In this document: positions 21,901-33,900 of the stretch, piece after piece
How the letters are laid out: every line of letters begins with the position of its first letter
Position numbering within the stretch: the stretch's first letter is position 1
The notes under the pieces: generated by a model
The model's input: the letters and a program-made list of their open reading frames with translations, nothing else
Database searches by the model: none
What the model was told of the DNA's origin: nothing
Made by a program: the position numbers and the translations under genes
DNA from: Eledone cirrhosa
Lineage: Eukaryota
NCBI GenBank assembly: GCA_964016885.1
Contig: OZ024742.1
Coordinates: 185,256,001-185,320,000, forward strand
DNA: 64,000 bases
Reading direction: 5' to 3'

Positions 21901-24900
21901 TAAGTTAAGTCGGGGTTAAGTTAAGTTGGGGTTAAGTTAACTTGCTGTTAAGTTAAGTTGGGGCTCAGTTAAGTTGGGGTTGAGTTAAGTTGGGGTCAAG
22001 TTAAGTTGGGACTAAGCTAAGTTGGGGTTAAGTTAAGTTGCGGTTAAGTTAAGTTGGCGCTAAGTTAAGTGAAGGTTAAGTTAAGTTGGGGTTGAGTTAA
22101 GTTGGGGTTAAGTTAAGTTGGGGTTGAGTTAAGTTGGGGTTGAGTTAAGTTGGGGTTGAGTTAAGTTGGGGTTACGTTAAGTTGGGGTTAAGTTAAGTTG
22201 GGGTTCAGTTAAGTTTAGGTTAACTTAAGTTGGGGTTAAGTTAAGTTGGGGTTAAGTTAAGTTGGGGCTAAGTTAAGTTGGGGCTAAGTTAAGTTGGGGC
22301 TAAGTTAAGTTGGGGTTAAGTTAAGGTGGGGTTTAGTTAAGTTGGGGTTGAGTTAAGTTGGGGTTGAGTTAAGTTGGGGTTAAGTTAAGTTGGGGTTAAG
22401 TTAAGTTAGGGTTAACTTAAGTTGGGGTTAAGTTAAGTTGGGGTTGAGTTAAGTTGGGGTTTAATTAAGTTGGGGTTGAGTTAAGTTGGGGTTGAGTTAA
22501 GTTGGGCTTGAGTTAAGTTGGGGTTGAGTTAAGTTGGGCTTATCTTAAGTTGGGGTTAATTTAAGATGGGGTTAAGTTAAGTTGGGGTTAAGTTAATTTG
22601 GGGTTAAGTTAAGTTGGGGTTAAGTTAAGTTGGGGTTATGTTAAGTTGGGGTTAAGTTAAGTTGAGGTTAACTTAAGTTGGGGTTAAGTTAAGTTGGGGT
22701 TAAGTTAAGTTGGGGCTAAGTTAAGTTGGGGCTAATTTAAGTTGGGGTTAGGTTAAGTTGGGGTTAAGTTAAGTTGGGGTCAACTTAAGTTGGGGCTAAG
22801 TTAAGTTGGGGTTAAGTTAAGTTGCGGCTAACTTAAGTTGGGGTTAAGTTAAGTTGGGGTTAAATTAAGTTGGGGTCAACGTAAGTTGGGGTTAAGTTAA
22901 GTTGGGGTTAAGTTAATTTGGGGGTAAGTTAAGTTGGGGTTAAGTTAAGTTGGGGTTAAGTTAAGTTGGGGTTAAGTTAAGTTGGGGCTGAGTTAAGTTG
23001 GGGCTGTGTTAAGTTGGGGTTAAGTTATGTTGGGGTTAAGTTAAGTTGGGGTTAAGTTGGGGTTAAATTAAGTTGGGGTTAATTTAAGTTGGGGTTAAGT
23101 TAAGTTGGGTTTAGTTTAAGTTGGGGTTGAGTTAACTTGGGGTTAAGTTAAGTTGGGGTTAATTTAAGTTGGGGTTAAGTTAAGTTGGGGCTGAGTTAAG
23201 TTGGGATTAAGTTAAGTTGGGGTTGAGTTAAGTTGGGGTTAAGTTAAGTTGGGGTTAAGTTAAGTCGGGGTTAAGTTAAGTTGGGGTTAAGTTAAGTTGG
23301 GGTTAAGTTAAGTTGGGGTTAAGTTAAGTTGGGGTTAAGATAAGTTGGGGTTAAGTTAAGTTGGGGTTGAGTTAAGTTGGGGTTGAGTTAATTTGGGGTT
23401 AAGTTGGGGTTAACTTAAGTTGGGGTTCAGTTAAGTTGGCGTTCAGTTAAGTTGCGGTGAAGTTAAGTTGGGGTTAACTTAAGTCGGGGTTAAGTTAAGT
23501 TGGGGTTAAGTTAAGTTGGGGTCAAGTTAAGTTGGGGTTAAGTTAAGTTGGGGTTATGTTAAGTTGGGGTTAAGTTAAGATGGGGTTAAGTTAAGTCGGG
23601 GTTAAGTTAAGTTGGGGTTAAGTTAAGTTGGGGTTAAGTTAAGTTGGGGTCAAGTTAAGTTGGGGTTAAGTTAAGTTGGGGTTAAGTTAAGTCGCGGTTA
23701 AGTTAAGTTGGGGTTAAGTTAAGATGGGGTTAAGTTAAGTTGGGGTTAAGTTAAGTTGGGGTTAAGATAAGTTGGGGTTAAGTTAAGTTGGGGTTGAGTT
23801 AAGTTGGGGTTGAGTTAATTGGGGTTAAGTTAAGTTGGGGTTAACTTAAGTTGGGTTTAAGTTAAGTTGGGGTTAAGTTAAGTTGGGGTTAAATTAAGTT
23901 GGGGTTAAGATAAGTTGGGGTTAAGTTAAGTCGGGGTTAAGTTAAGTCGGGGTTAAGTTAAGTTGGGGTTAAGTTAACTTGGTGTTAAGTTAAGTTGGGG
24001 CTCAGTTAAGTTGGGGTTGAGTTAAGTTGGGGTCAAGTTAAGTTGGGACCAAGCTAAGTTGGGGTTAAGTTAAGTTGGGGTTAAGTTAAGTTGGCGCTAA
24101 GTTAAGTGAAGGTTAAGTTAAGTTGGGGTTGAGTTAAGTTGCGGTTAATTTAAGTTGGGGTTGAGTTAAGTTGGGGTTGAGTTAAGTTGGGGTTGAGTTA
24201 AGTTGGGGTTACGTTAAGTTGGGGTTAAGTTAAGTTGGGGTTAAGTTAAGTTTAGGTTAACTTAAGTTGGGGTTAAGTTAAGTTGGGGTTAAGTTAAGTT
24301 GGGGCTAAGTTAAGTTGGGGCTAAGTTAAGTTGGGGTTAAGTTAAGGTGGGGTTTAGTTAAGTTGGGGTTGAGTTAAGTTGGGGTTGAGTTAAGTTGGGG
24401 TTAAGTTAAGTTGGGGTTAAGTTAAGTTAGGGTTAACTTAAGTTGGGGTTAAGTTAAGTTGGGGTTGAGTTAAGTTGGGGTTTAATTAAGTTGGGGTTGA
24501 GTTAAGTTGGGGTTGAGTTAAGTTGGGCTTGAGTTAAGTTGGGGTTGAGTTAAGTTGGGCTTATCTTAAGTTGGGGTTAATTTAAGATGGGGTTAAGTTA
24601 AGTTGGGGTTAAGTTAATTTGGGGTTAAGTTAAGTTGGGGTTAAGTTAAGTTGGGGTTATGTTAAGTTGGGGTTAAGTTAAGTTGAGGTTAACTTAAGTT
24701 GGGGTTAAGTTAAGTTGGGGTTAAGTTAAGTTGGGGCTAAGTTAAGTTGGGGCTAAGTTAAGTTGGGGTTAAGTTAAGTTGGGGTTAAGTTAAGTTGGTG
24801 TCAACGTAAGTTGGGGTTAAGTTAAGTTGGGGTTAAGTTAATTTGGGGGTAAGTTAAGTTGGGGTTAAGTTAAGTTGGGGTTAAGTTAAGTTGGGGTTAA

Positions 24901-27900
24901 GTTAAGTTGGGGCTGAGTTAAGTTGGGGCTGTGTTAAGTTGGGGTTAAGTTAAGTTGGGGTTAAGTTGGGGTTAAATTAAGTTGGGGTTAATTTAAGTTG
25001 GGGTTAAGTTAAGTTGGATTTAGGTTAAGTTGGGGTTGAGTTAAGTTGGGGTTAAGTTAAGTTGGGGTTAATTTAAGTTGGGGTTAAGTTAAGTTGGGGC
25101 TGAGTTAAGTTGGGGTTAAGTTAAGTTGGGGTTGAGTTAAGTTGGGGTTAAGTTAAGTTGGGGTTAAGTTAAGTCGGGGTTAAGTTAAGTTGGGGTTAAG
25201 TTAAGTTGGGGTTAAGTTAAGTTGGGTTTAAGATAAGTTGGGGTTAAGTTGGGGTTGAGTTAAGTTGGGGTTGAGTTAATTTGGGGTTAAGTTAAGTTGG
25301 GGTTAACTTAAGTTGGGGTTCAGTTAAGTTGGCGTTCAGTTAAGTTGCGGTGAAGTTAAGTTGGGGTTAACTTAAGTCGGGGTTAAGTTAAGTTGGGGTT
25401 AAGTTAAGTTGGGGTCAAGTTAAGTTGGGGTTAAGTTAAGTTGGGGTTATGTTAAGTTGGGGTTAAGTTAAGTTGGGGTTAAGTTAAGTCGGGGTTAAGT
25501 TAAGTTGGGGTTAAGTTAATTGGGGTTAAGTTAAGTTGGGGTCAAGTTAAGTTGGGGTTAAGTTAAGTTAGGGTTAAGTTAAGCTTGGGTTAAATTAAGT
25601 TGGGGTTGAGTTAATTTGGGGTTGAGTTAAGTTGGGGTTGAGTTACGTTGGGGTTGAGTTAAGTTGGGGTTAAGTTAAGTTGGGGTTAACTTAAGTTGGG
25701 GTTAAGTTAAGTTGGGGTCAATTTAAGTTGAGGTTAAGTTAACTTGGGATTAAGTTAAGTTGGGGGTAAGTTAAGTTGGGGGTAAGTTAAGTTTGGGTTA
25801 AGTTGGGGTTAAGTTAAGTTAGGGTTAAGTTACGTTGGGGTTGAGTTAAGTTGGGGTTAATTTAAATTGGGGTTAAGTTAACTTTGTGGTTAAGTTAAGT
25901 TGGGGTTAAGTTAAGTTGAGGTTAAGTTAATTTGAGGTTAAGTTAAGTTGGGGTTAAGTTAAGTTGGGGTTAAATTAAGCTGGGTTGAAGTTAAGTTGGG
26001 GTTAAGTTAAGTTGGGGTTAAGTTAAGTTGGGGTTGAGTTAAGTTGGGGTTAAGTTAAGTTGGGTTTAAGTTAAGTTGGGGTTAAGTTAAGTTGGGGTTA
26101 AGTTAAGGTGGGGTTAAGTTAAGTTGGGGTTAAGTTAAGTCGGGGTTAAGTTAAGTTGGGGTTAAGTTAAGTTGGGGTTAAATTAAGTTGGGGTTACGTT
26201 AAGTTGGGGTTAAGATAAGTTGGGGTTAAGTTAAGTTGGGGTTGAGTTAAGTTGGGGTTCAGTTAAGTTGGCGTTCAGTTAAGTTGGGGTTAAGTTAAGT
26301 TGGGGTTAACTTAAGTCGGGGCTAAGTTAAGTTGGGGTTAAGTTAAGTTGGGGTCAAGTTAAGTTGGGGTTAAGTTAAGTTGGGGTTAAGTTAAGTTGGG
26401 GTTAAGTTAAGTCGGGGTTAAGTTAAGTTGGGGTTAAGTTAAGTAGGGGTTAAGTTAAGTTGGGGTCAAGTTAAGTTGGGGTTAAGTTAAGTTGGGGTTA
26501 AGTTAAGTTGGGGTTAAGTTAAGTCGCGGTTAGTTAAGTTGGGGTTAAGTTAAGATGGGGTTAAGTTAAGTTGTGGTTAAGTTAAGTTGGGGTTAAGATA
26601 AGTTGGGGTTAAGTTAAGTTGCGGTTGAGTTAAGTTAGGGTTGAGTTAATTGGGGTTAAGTTAAGTTGGGGCTAAGTTAAGTTGGGGCTAAGTTAAGTTG
26701 GGGCTAAGTTAAGTTGGGGTTAAGTTAAGGTGGGGTTTAGTTAAGTTGGGGTTGAGTTAAGTTGGGGTTGAGTTAAGTTGGGGTTAAGTTAAGTTGGGGT
26801 TAAGTTAAGTTAGGGTTAACTTAAGTTGGGGTTAAGTTAAGTTTAGGTTAACTTAAGTTGGGGTTAAGTTAATTTGGGGTTAAGTTAAGTTGGGGCTAAG
26901 TTAAGTTGGGGCTAAGTTAAGTTGGGGCTAAGTTAAGTTGGGGTTAAGTTAAGGTGGGGTTTAGTTAAGTTGGGGTTGAGTTAAGTTGGGGTTGAGTTAA
27001 GTTGGGGTTAAGTTAAGTTGGGGTTAAGTTAAGTTAGGGTTAACTTAAGTTGGGGTTAAGTTAAGTTGGGGTTGAGTTAAGTTGGGGTTTAATTAAGTTG
27101 GGGTTGAGTTAAGTTGGGGTTGAGTTAAGTTGGGCTTGAGTTAAGTTGGGGTTGAGTTAAGTTGGGCTTATCTTAAGTTGGGGTTAATTTAAGATGGGGT
27201 TAAGTTAAGTTGGGGTTAAGTTAATTTGGGGTTAAGTTAAGTTGGGGTTAAGTTAAGTTGGGGTTATGTTAAGTTGGGGTTAAGTTAAGTTGAGGTTAAC
27301 TTAAGTTGGGGTTAAGTTAAGTTGGGGTTAAGTTAAGTTGGGGCTAAGTTAAGTTGGGGCTAAGTTAAGTTGGGGTTAAGTTAAGTTGGGGTTAAGTTAA
27401 GTTGGGGTCAACTTAAGTTGGGGCTAAGTTAAGTTGGGGTTAAGTTAAGTTGGGGCTAAGTTAAGTTGGAGTTAAGTTAAGTTGGGGTTAAATTAAGTTG
27501 GGGTCAACGTAAGTTGGGGTTAAGTTAAGTTGGGGTTAAGTTAATTTGGGGGTAAGTTAAGTTGGGGTTAAGTTAAGTTGGGGTTAAGTTAAGTTGGGGT
27601 TAAGTTAAGTTGGGGCTGAGTTAAATTGGGGCTGTGTTAAGTTGGGGTTAAGTTAAGTTGGGGTTAAGTTAAGTTGGGGTTAAGTTAAGTTGGGGTTAAG
27701 TTGGGGTTAAATTAAGTTGGGGTTAATTTAAGTTGGGGTTAAGTTAAGTTGGGTTTAGGTTAAGTTGGGGTTGAGTTAAGTTGGGGTTAAGTTAAGTTGG
27801 GGTTAATTTAAGTTGGGGTTAAGTTAAGTTGGGGCTGAGTTAAGTTGGGGTTAAGTTAAGTTGGGGTTGAGTTAAGTTGGAGTTAAGTTAAGTTGGGGTT
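13000..27900 (+). repeat. About 7.5-kb tandem block duplication within the satellite
   Basis: Rare variant TTAGGTTGGGG is at 13844 and 21346 (offset 7502). TTGGGCTTATC is at 15032/22534 (7502) and 17069/24555 (7486). AAGCTT is at 18111/25581 (7470). A 63-bp micro-duplication is shared at 13434/13497 and 20953/21016. Confidence 0.8.
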
Positions 27901-30900
27901 AAGTTAAGTCGGGGTTAAGTTAAGTTGGGGTTAAGTTAAGTTGGGGTTCAGTTAAGTTGCGGTGAAGTTAAGTTGGGGTTAACTTAAGTCGGGGTTAAGT
28001 TAAGTTTGGGTTAAGTTAAGTTGGGGTCAAGTTAAGTTGGGGTTAAGTTAAGTTGGGGTTATGTTAAGTTGGGGTTAAGTTAAGATGGGGTTAAGTTAAG
28101 TCGGGGTTAAGTTAAGTTGGGGTTAAGTTAAGTTGGGGTTAAGTTAAGTTGGGGTCAAGTTAAGTTGGGGTTAAGTTAAGTTGGGGTTAAGTTAAGTCGC
28201 GGTTAAGTTAAGTTGGGGTTAAGTTAAGATGGGGTTAAGTTAAGTTGGGGTTAAGTTAAGTTGGGGTTAAGATAAGTTGGGGTTAAGTTAAGTTGGGGTT
28301 GAGTTAAGTTGGGGTTGAGTTAATTGGGGTTAAGTTAAGTTGGGGTTAACTTAAGTTGGGTTTAAGTTAAGTTGGGGTTAAGTTAAGTTGGGGTTAAATT
28401 AAGTTGGGGTTAAGATAAGTTGGGGTTAAGTTAAGTCGGGGTTAAGTTAAGTCGGGGTTAAGTTAAGTTGGGGTTAAGTTAACTTGGTGTTAAGTTAAGT
28501 TGGGGCTCAGTTAAGTTGGGGTTGAGTTAAGTTGGGGTCAAGTTAAGTTGGGACCAAGCTAAGTTGGGGTTAAGTTAAGTTGGGGTTAAGTTAAGTTGGC
28601 GCTAAGTTAAGTGAAGGTTAAGTTAAGTTGGGGTTGAGTTAAGTTGCGGTTAATTTAAGTTGGGGTTGAGTTAAGTTGGGGTTGAGTTAAGTTGGGGTTG
28701 AGTTAAGTTGGGGTTACGTTAAGTTGGGGTTAAGTTAAGTTGGGGTTAAGTTAAGTTTAGGTTAACTTAAGTTGGGGTTAAGTTAAGTTGGGGTTAAGTT
28801 AAGTTGGGGCTAAGTTAAGTTGGGGCTAAGTTAAGTTGGGGCTAAGTTAAGTTGGGGTTAAGTTAAGGTGGGGTTTAGTTAAGTTGGGGTTGAGTTAAGT
28901 TGGGGTTGAGTTAAGTTGGGGTTAAGTTAAGTTGGGGTTAAGTTAAGTTAGGGTTAACTTAAGTTGGGGTTAAGTTAAGTTGGGGTTGAGTTAAGTTGGG
29001 GTTTAATTAAGTTGGGGTTGAGTTAAGTTGGGGTTGAGTTAAGTTGGGCTTGAGTTAAGTTGGGGTTGAGTTAAGTTGGGCTTATCTTAAGTTGGGGTTA
29101 ATTTAAGATGGGGTTAAGTTAAGTTGGGGTTAAGTTAATTTGGGGTTAAGTTAAGTTGGGGTTAAGTTAAGTTGGGGTTATGTTAAGTTGGGGTTAAGTT
29201 AAGTTGAGGTTAACTTAAGTTGGGGTTAAGTTAAGTTGGGGTTAAGTTAAGTTGGGGCTAAGTTAAGTTGGGGCTAAGTTAAGTTGGGGTTAAGTTAAGT
29301 TGGGGTTAAGTTAAGTTGGTGTCAACGTAAGTTGGGGTTAAGTTAAGTTGGGGTTAAGTTAATTTGGGGGTAAGTTAAGTTGGGGTTAAGTTAAGTTGGG
29401 GTTAAGTTAAGTTGGGGTTAAGTTAAGTTGGGGCTGAGTTAAGTTGGGGCTGTGTTAAGTTGGGGTTAAGTTAAGTTGGGGTTAAGTTGGGGTTAAATTA
29501 AGTTGGGGTTAATTTAAGTTGGGGTTAAGTTAAGTTGGATTTAGGTTAAGTTGGGGTTGAGTTAAGTTGGGGTTAAGTTAAGTTGGGGTTAATTTAAGTT
29601 GGGGTTAAGTTAAGTTGGGGCTGAGTTAAGTTGGGGTTAAGTTAAGTTGGGGTTGAGTTAAGTTGGGGTTAAGTTAAGTTGGGGTTAAGTTAAGTCGGGG
29701 TTAAGTTAAGTTGGGGTTAAGTTAAGTTGGGGTTAAGTTAAGTTGGGTTTAAGATAAGTTGGGGTTAAGTTGGGGTTGAGTTAAGTTGGGGTTGAGTTAA
29801 TTTGGGGTTAAGTTAAGTTGGGGTTAACTTAAGTTGGGGTTCAGTTAAGTTGGCGTTCAGTTAAGTTGCGGTGAAGTTAAGTTGGGGTTAACTTAAGTCG
29901 GGGTTAAGTTAAGTTGGGGTTAAGTTAAGTTGGGGTCAAGTTAAGTTGGGGTTAAGTTAAGTTGGGGTTATGTTAAGTTGGGGTTAAGTTAAGTTGGGGT
30001 TAAGTTAAGTCGGGGTAAAGTTAAGTTGGGGTTAAGTTAATTGGGGTTAAGTTAAGTTGGGGTCAAGTTAAGTTGGGGTTAAGTTAAGTTAGGGTTAAGT
30101 TAAGCTTGGGTTAAATTAAGTTGCGGTTGAGTTAATTTGGGGTTGAGTTAAGTTGGGGTTGAGTTACGTTGGGGTTGAGTTAAGTTGGGGTTAAGTTAAG
30201 TTGGGGTTAACTTAAGTTGGGGTTAAGTTAAGTTGGGGTCAATTTAAGTTGAGGTTAAGTTAACTTGGGATTAAGTTAAGTTGGGGTTAAGTTAAGTTGG
30301 GGGTAAGTTAAGTTGGGGGTAAGTTAAGTTTGGGTTAAGTTGGGGTTAAGTTAAGTTAGGGTTAAGTTACGTTGGGGTTGAGTTAAGTTGGGGTTAATTT
30401 AAATTGGGGTTAAGTTAACTTTGTGGTTAAGTTAAGTTGGGGTTAAGTTAAGTTGAGGTTAAGTTAATTTGAGGTTAAGTTAAGTTGGGGTTAAGTTAAG
30501 TTGGGGTTAAATTAAGCTGGGTTGAAGTTAAGTTGGGGTTAAGTTAAGTTGGGGTTAAGTTAAGTTGGGGCTGAGTTAAGTTGGGGTTAAGTTAAGTTGG
30601 GTTTAAGTTAAGTTGGGGTTAAGTTAAGTTGGGGTTAAGTTAAGGTGGGGTTAAGTTAAGTTGGGGTTAAGTTAAGTCGGGGTTAAGTTAAGTTGGGGTT
30701 AAGTTAAGTTGGGGTTAAATTAAGTTGGGGTTACGTTAAGTTGGGGTTAAGATAAGTTGGGGTTAAGTTAAGTTGGGGTTGAGTTAAGTTGGGGTTCAGT
30801 TAAGTTGGCGTTCAGTTAAGTTGGGGTTAAGTTAAGTTGGCGTTAACTTAAGTCGGGGCTAAGTTAAGTTGGGGTTAAGTTAAGTTGGGGTCAAGTTAAG

Positions 30901-33900
30901 TTGGGGTTAAGTTAAGTTGGGGTTAAGTTAAGTTGGGGTTAAGTTAAGTCGGGGTTAAGTTAAGTTGGGGTTAAGTTAAGTTGGGGTTAAGTTAATTTGG
31001 GGTTAAGTTAAGTTGGGGTTAAGTTAAGTCGCGGTTAGTTAAGTTGGGGTTAAGTTAAGATGGGGTTAAGTTAAGTTGTGGTTAAGTTAAGTTGGGGTTA
31101 AGATAAGTTGGGGTTAAGTTAAGTTGCGGTTGAGTTAAGTTAGGGTTGAGTTAATTGGGGTTAAGTTAAGTTGGGGCTAAGTTAAGTTGGGGCTAAGTTA
31201 AGTTGGGGCTAAGTTAAGTTGGGGTTAAGTTAAGGTGGGGTTTAGTTAAGTTGGGGTTGAGTTAAGTTGGGGTTGAGTTAAGTTGGGGTTAAGTTAAGTT
31301 GGGGTTAAGTTAAGTTAGGGTTAACTTAAGTTGGGGTTAAGTTAAGTTTAGGTTAACTTAAGTTGGGGTTAAGTTAATTTGGGGTTAAGTTAAGTTGGGG
31401 CTAAGTTAAGTTGGGGCTAAGTTAAGTTGGGGCTAAGTTAAGTTGGGGTTAAGTTAAGGTGGGGTTTAGTTAAGTTGGGGTTGAGTTAAGTTGGGGTTGA
31501 GTTAAGTTGGGGTTAAGTTAAGTTGGGGTTAAGTTAAGTTAGGGTTAACTTAAGTTGGGGTTAAGTTAAGTTGGGGTTGAGTTAAGTTGGGGTTTAATTA
31601 AGTTGGGGTTGAGTTAAGTTGGGGTTGAGTTAAGTTGGGCTTGAGTTAAGTTGGGGTTGAGTTAAGTTGGGCTTATCTTAAGTTGGGGTTAATTTAAGAT
31701 GGGGTTAAGTTAAGTTGGGGTTAAGTTAATTTGGGGTTAAGTTAAGTTGGGGTTAAGTTAAGTTGGGGTTATGTTAAGTTGGGGTTAAGTTAAGTTGAGG
31801 TTAACTTAAGTTGGGGTTAAGTTAAGTTGGGGTTAAGTTAAGTTGGGGCTAAGTGAAGTTGGGGCTAAGTTAAGTTGGGGTTAAGTTAAGTTGGGGTTAA
31901 GTTAAGTTGGGGTCAACTTAAGTTGGGGCTAAGTTAAGTTGGGGTTAAGTTAAGTTGGGGCTAAGTTAAGTTGGAGTTAAGTTAAGTTGGGGTTAAATTA
32001 AGTTGGGGTCAACGTAAGTTGGGGTTAAGTTAAGTTGGGGTTAAGTTAATTTGGGGGTAAGTTAAGTTGGGGTTAAGTTAAGTTGGGGTTAAGTTAAGTT
32101 GGGGTTAAGTTAAGTTGGGGCTGAGTTAAATTGGGGCTGTGTTAAGTTGGGGTTAAGTTAAGTTGGGGTTAAGTTAAGTTGGGGTTAAGTTAAGTTGGGG
32201 TTAAGTTGGGGTTAAATTAAGTTGGGGTTAATTTAAGTTGGGGTTAAGTTAAGTTGGGTTTAGGTTAAGTTGGGGTTGAGTTAAGTTGGGGTTAAGTTAA
32301 GTTGGGGTTAATTTAAGTTGGGGTTAAGTTAAGTTGGGGCTGAGTTAAGTTGGGGTTAAGTTAAGTTGGGGTTGAGTTAAGTTGGGGTTAAGTTAAGTTG
32401 GGGTTAAGTTAAGTCGGGGTTAAGTTAAGTTGGGGTTAAGTTAAGTTGGGGTTCAGTTAAGTTGCGGTGAAGTTAAGTTGGGGTTAACTTAAGTCGGGGT
32501 TAAGTTAAGTTTGGGTTAAGTTAAGTTGGGGTCAAGTTAAGTTGGGGTTAAGTTAAGTTGGGGTTATGTTAAGTTGGGGTTAAGTTAAGTCGGGGTTAAG
32601 TTAAGTTGGGGTTAAGTTAACTTGGTGTTAAGTTAAGTTGGGGCTCAGTTAAGTTGGGGTTGAGTTAAGTTGGGGTTAAGTTAAGTTGGGGTTAAGTTAA
32701 GTTGGGGTTAAGTTAAGTTGGGGTCAAGTTAAGTTGGGGTTAAGTTAAGTTGGGGTTAAGTTAAGTCGCGGTTAAGTTAAGTTGGAGTTAAGTTAAGATG
32801 GGGTTAAGTTAAGTTGGGGTTAAGTTAAGTTGGGGTTAAGATAAGTTGGGGTTAAGTTAAGTTGGGGTTGAGTTAAGTTGGGGTTGAGTTAATTGGGGTT
32901 AAGTTAAGTTGGGGTTAACTTAAGTTGGGTTTAAGTTAAGTTGGGGTTAAGTTAAGTTGGGGTTAAATTAAGTTGGGGTTAAGATAAGTTGGGGTTAAGT
33001 TAAGTCGGGGTTAAGTTAAGTCGGGGTTAAGTTAAGTTGGGGTTAAGTTAACTTGGTGTTAAGTTAAGTTGGGGCTCAGTTAAGTTGGGGTTGAGTTAAG
33101 TTGGGGTCAAGTTAAGTTGGGACTAAGCTAAGTTGGGGTTAAGTTAAGTTGGGGTTAAGTTAAGTTGGCGCTAAGTTTAGTGAAGGTTAAGTTAAGTTGG
33201 AGTTGAGTTAAGTTGGGGTTAAGTTAAGTTGGGGTTAAGTTAAGTTAGGGTTAAGTTAAGCTTGGGTTAAGTTAAGTTGGGGTTGAGTTAATTTGGGGTT
33301 GAGTTAAGTTGGGGTTGAGTTAAGTTGGGGTTGAGTTAAGTTGGGGTTAAGTTAAGTTGGGGTTAACTTAAGTTGGGGTTAAGTTAAGTTGGGGTCAATT
33401 TAAGTTGAGGTTAAGTTAACTTGGGATTAAGTTAAGTTGGGGTTAACTTAAATTGAGGTTAAGTTAAGTTGGGGTTAAGTTAAGTTGGGGGTAAGTTAAG
33501 TTGGGGGTAAGTTAAGTTGGGGTTAAGTTAAGTCGGGGTTAAGTTAAGTCGGGGTTAAGTTAAGTTGGGGTTAAGTTAACTTGGTGTTAAGTTAAGTTGG
33601 GGCTCAGTTAAGTTGGGGTTGAGTTAAGTTGGGGTCAAGTTAAGTTGGGACCAAGCTAAGTTGGGGTTAAGTTAAGTTGGGGTTAAGTTAAGTTGGCGCT
33701 AAGTTAAGTTAAGGTTAAGTTAAGTTGGGGTTGAGTTAAGTTGCGGTTAATTTAAGTTGGGGTTGAGTTAAGTTGGGGTTGAGTTAAGTTGGGGTTGAGT
33801 TAAGTTGGGGTTACGTTAAGTTGGGGTTAAGTTAAGTTGGGGTTAAGTTAAGTTTAGGTTAACTTAAGTTGGGGTTAAGTTAAGTTGGGGTTAAGTTAAG

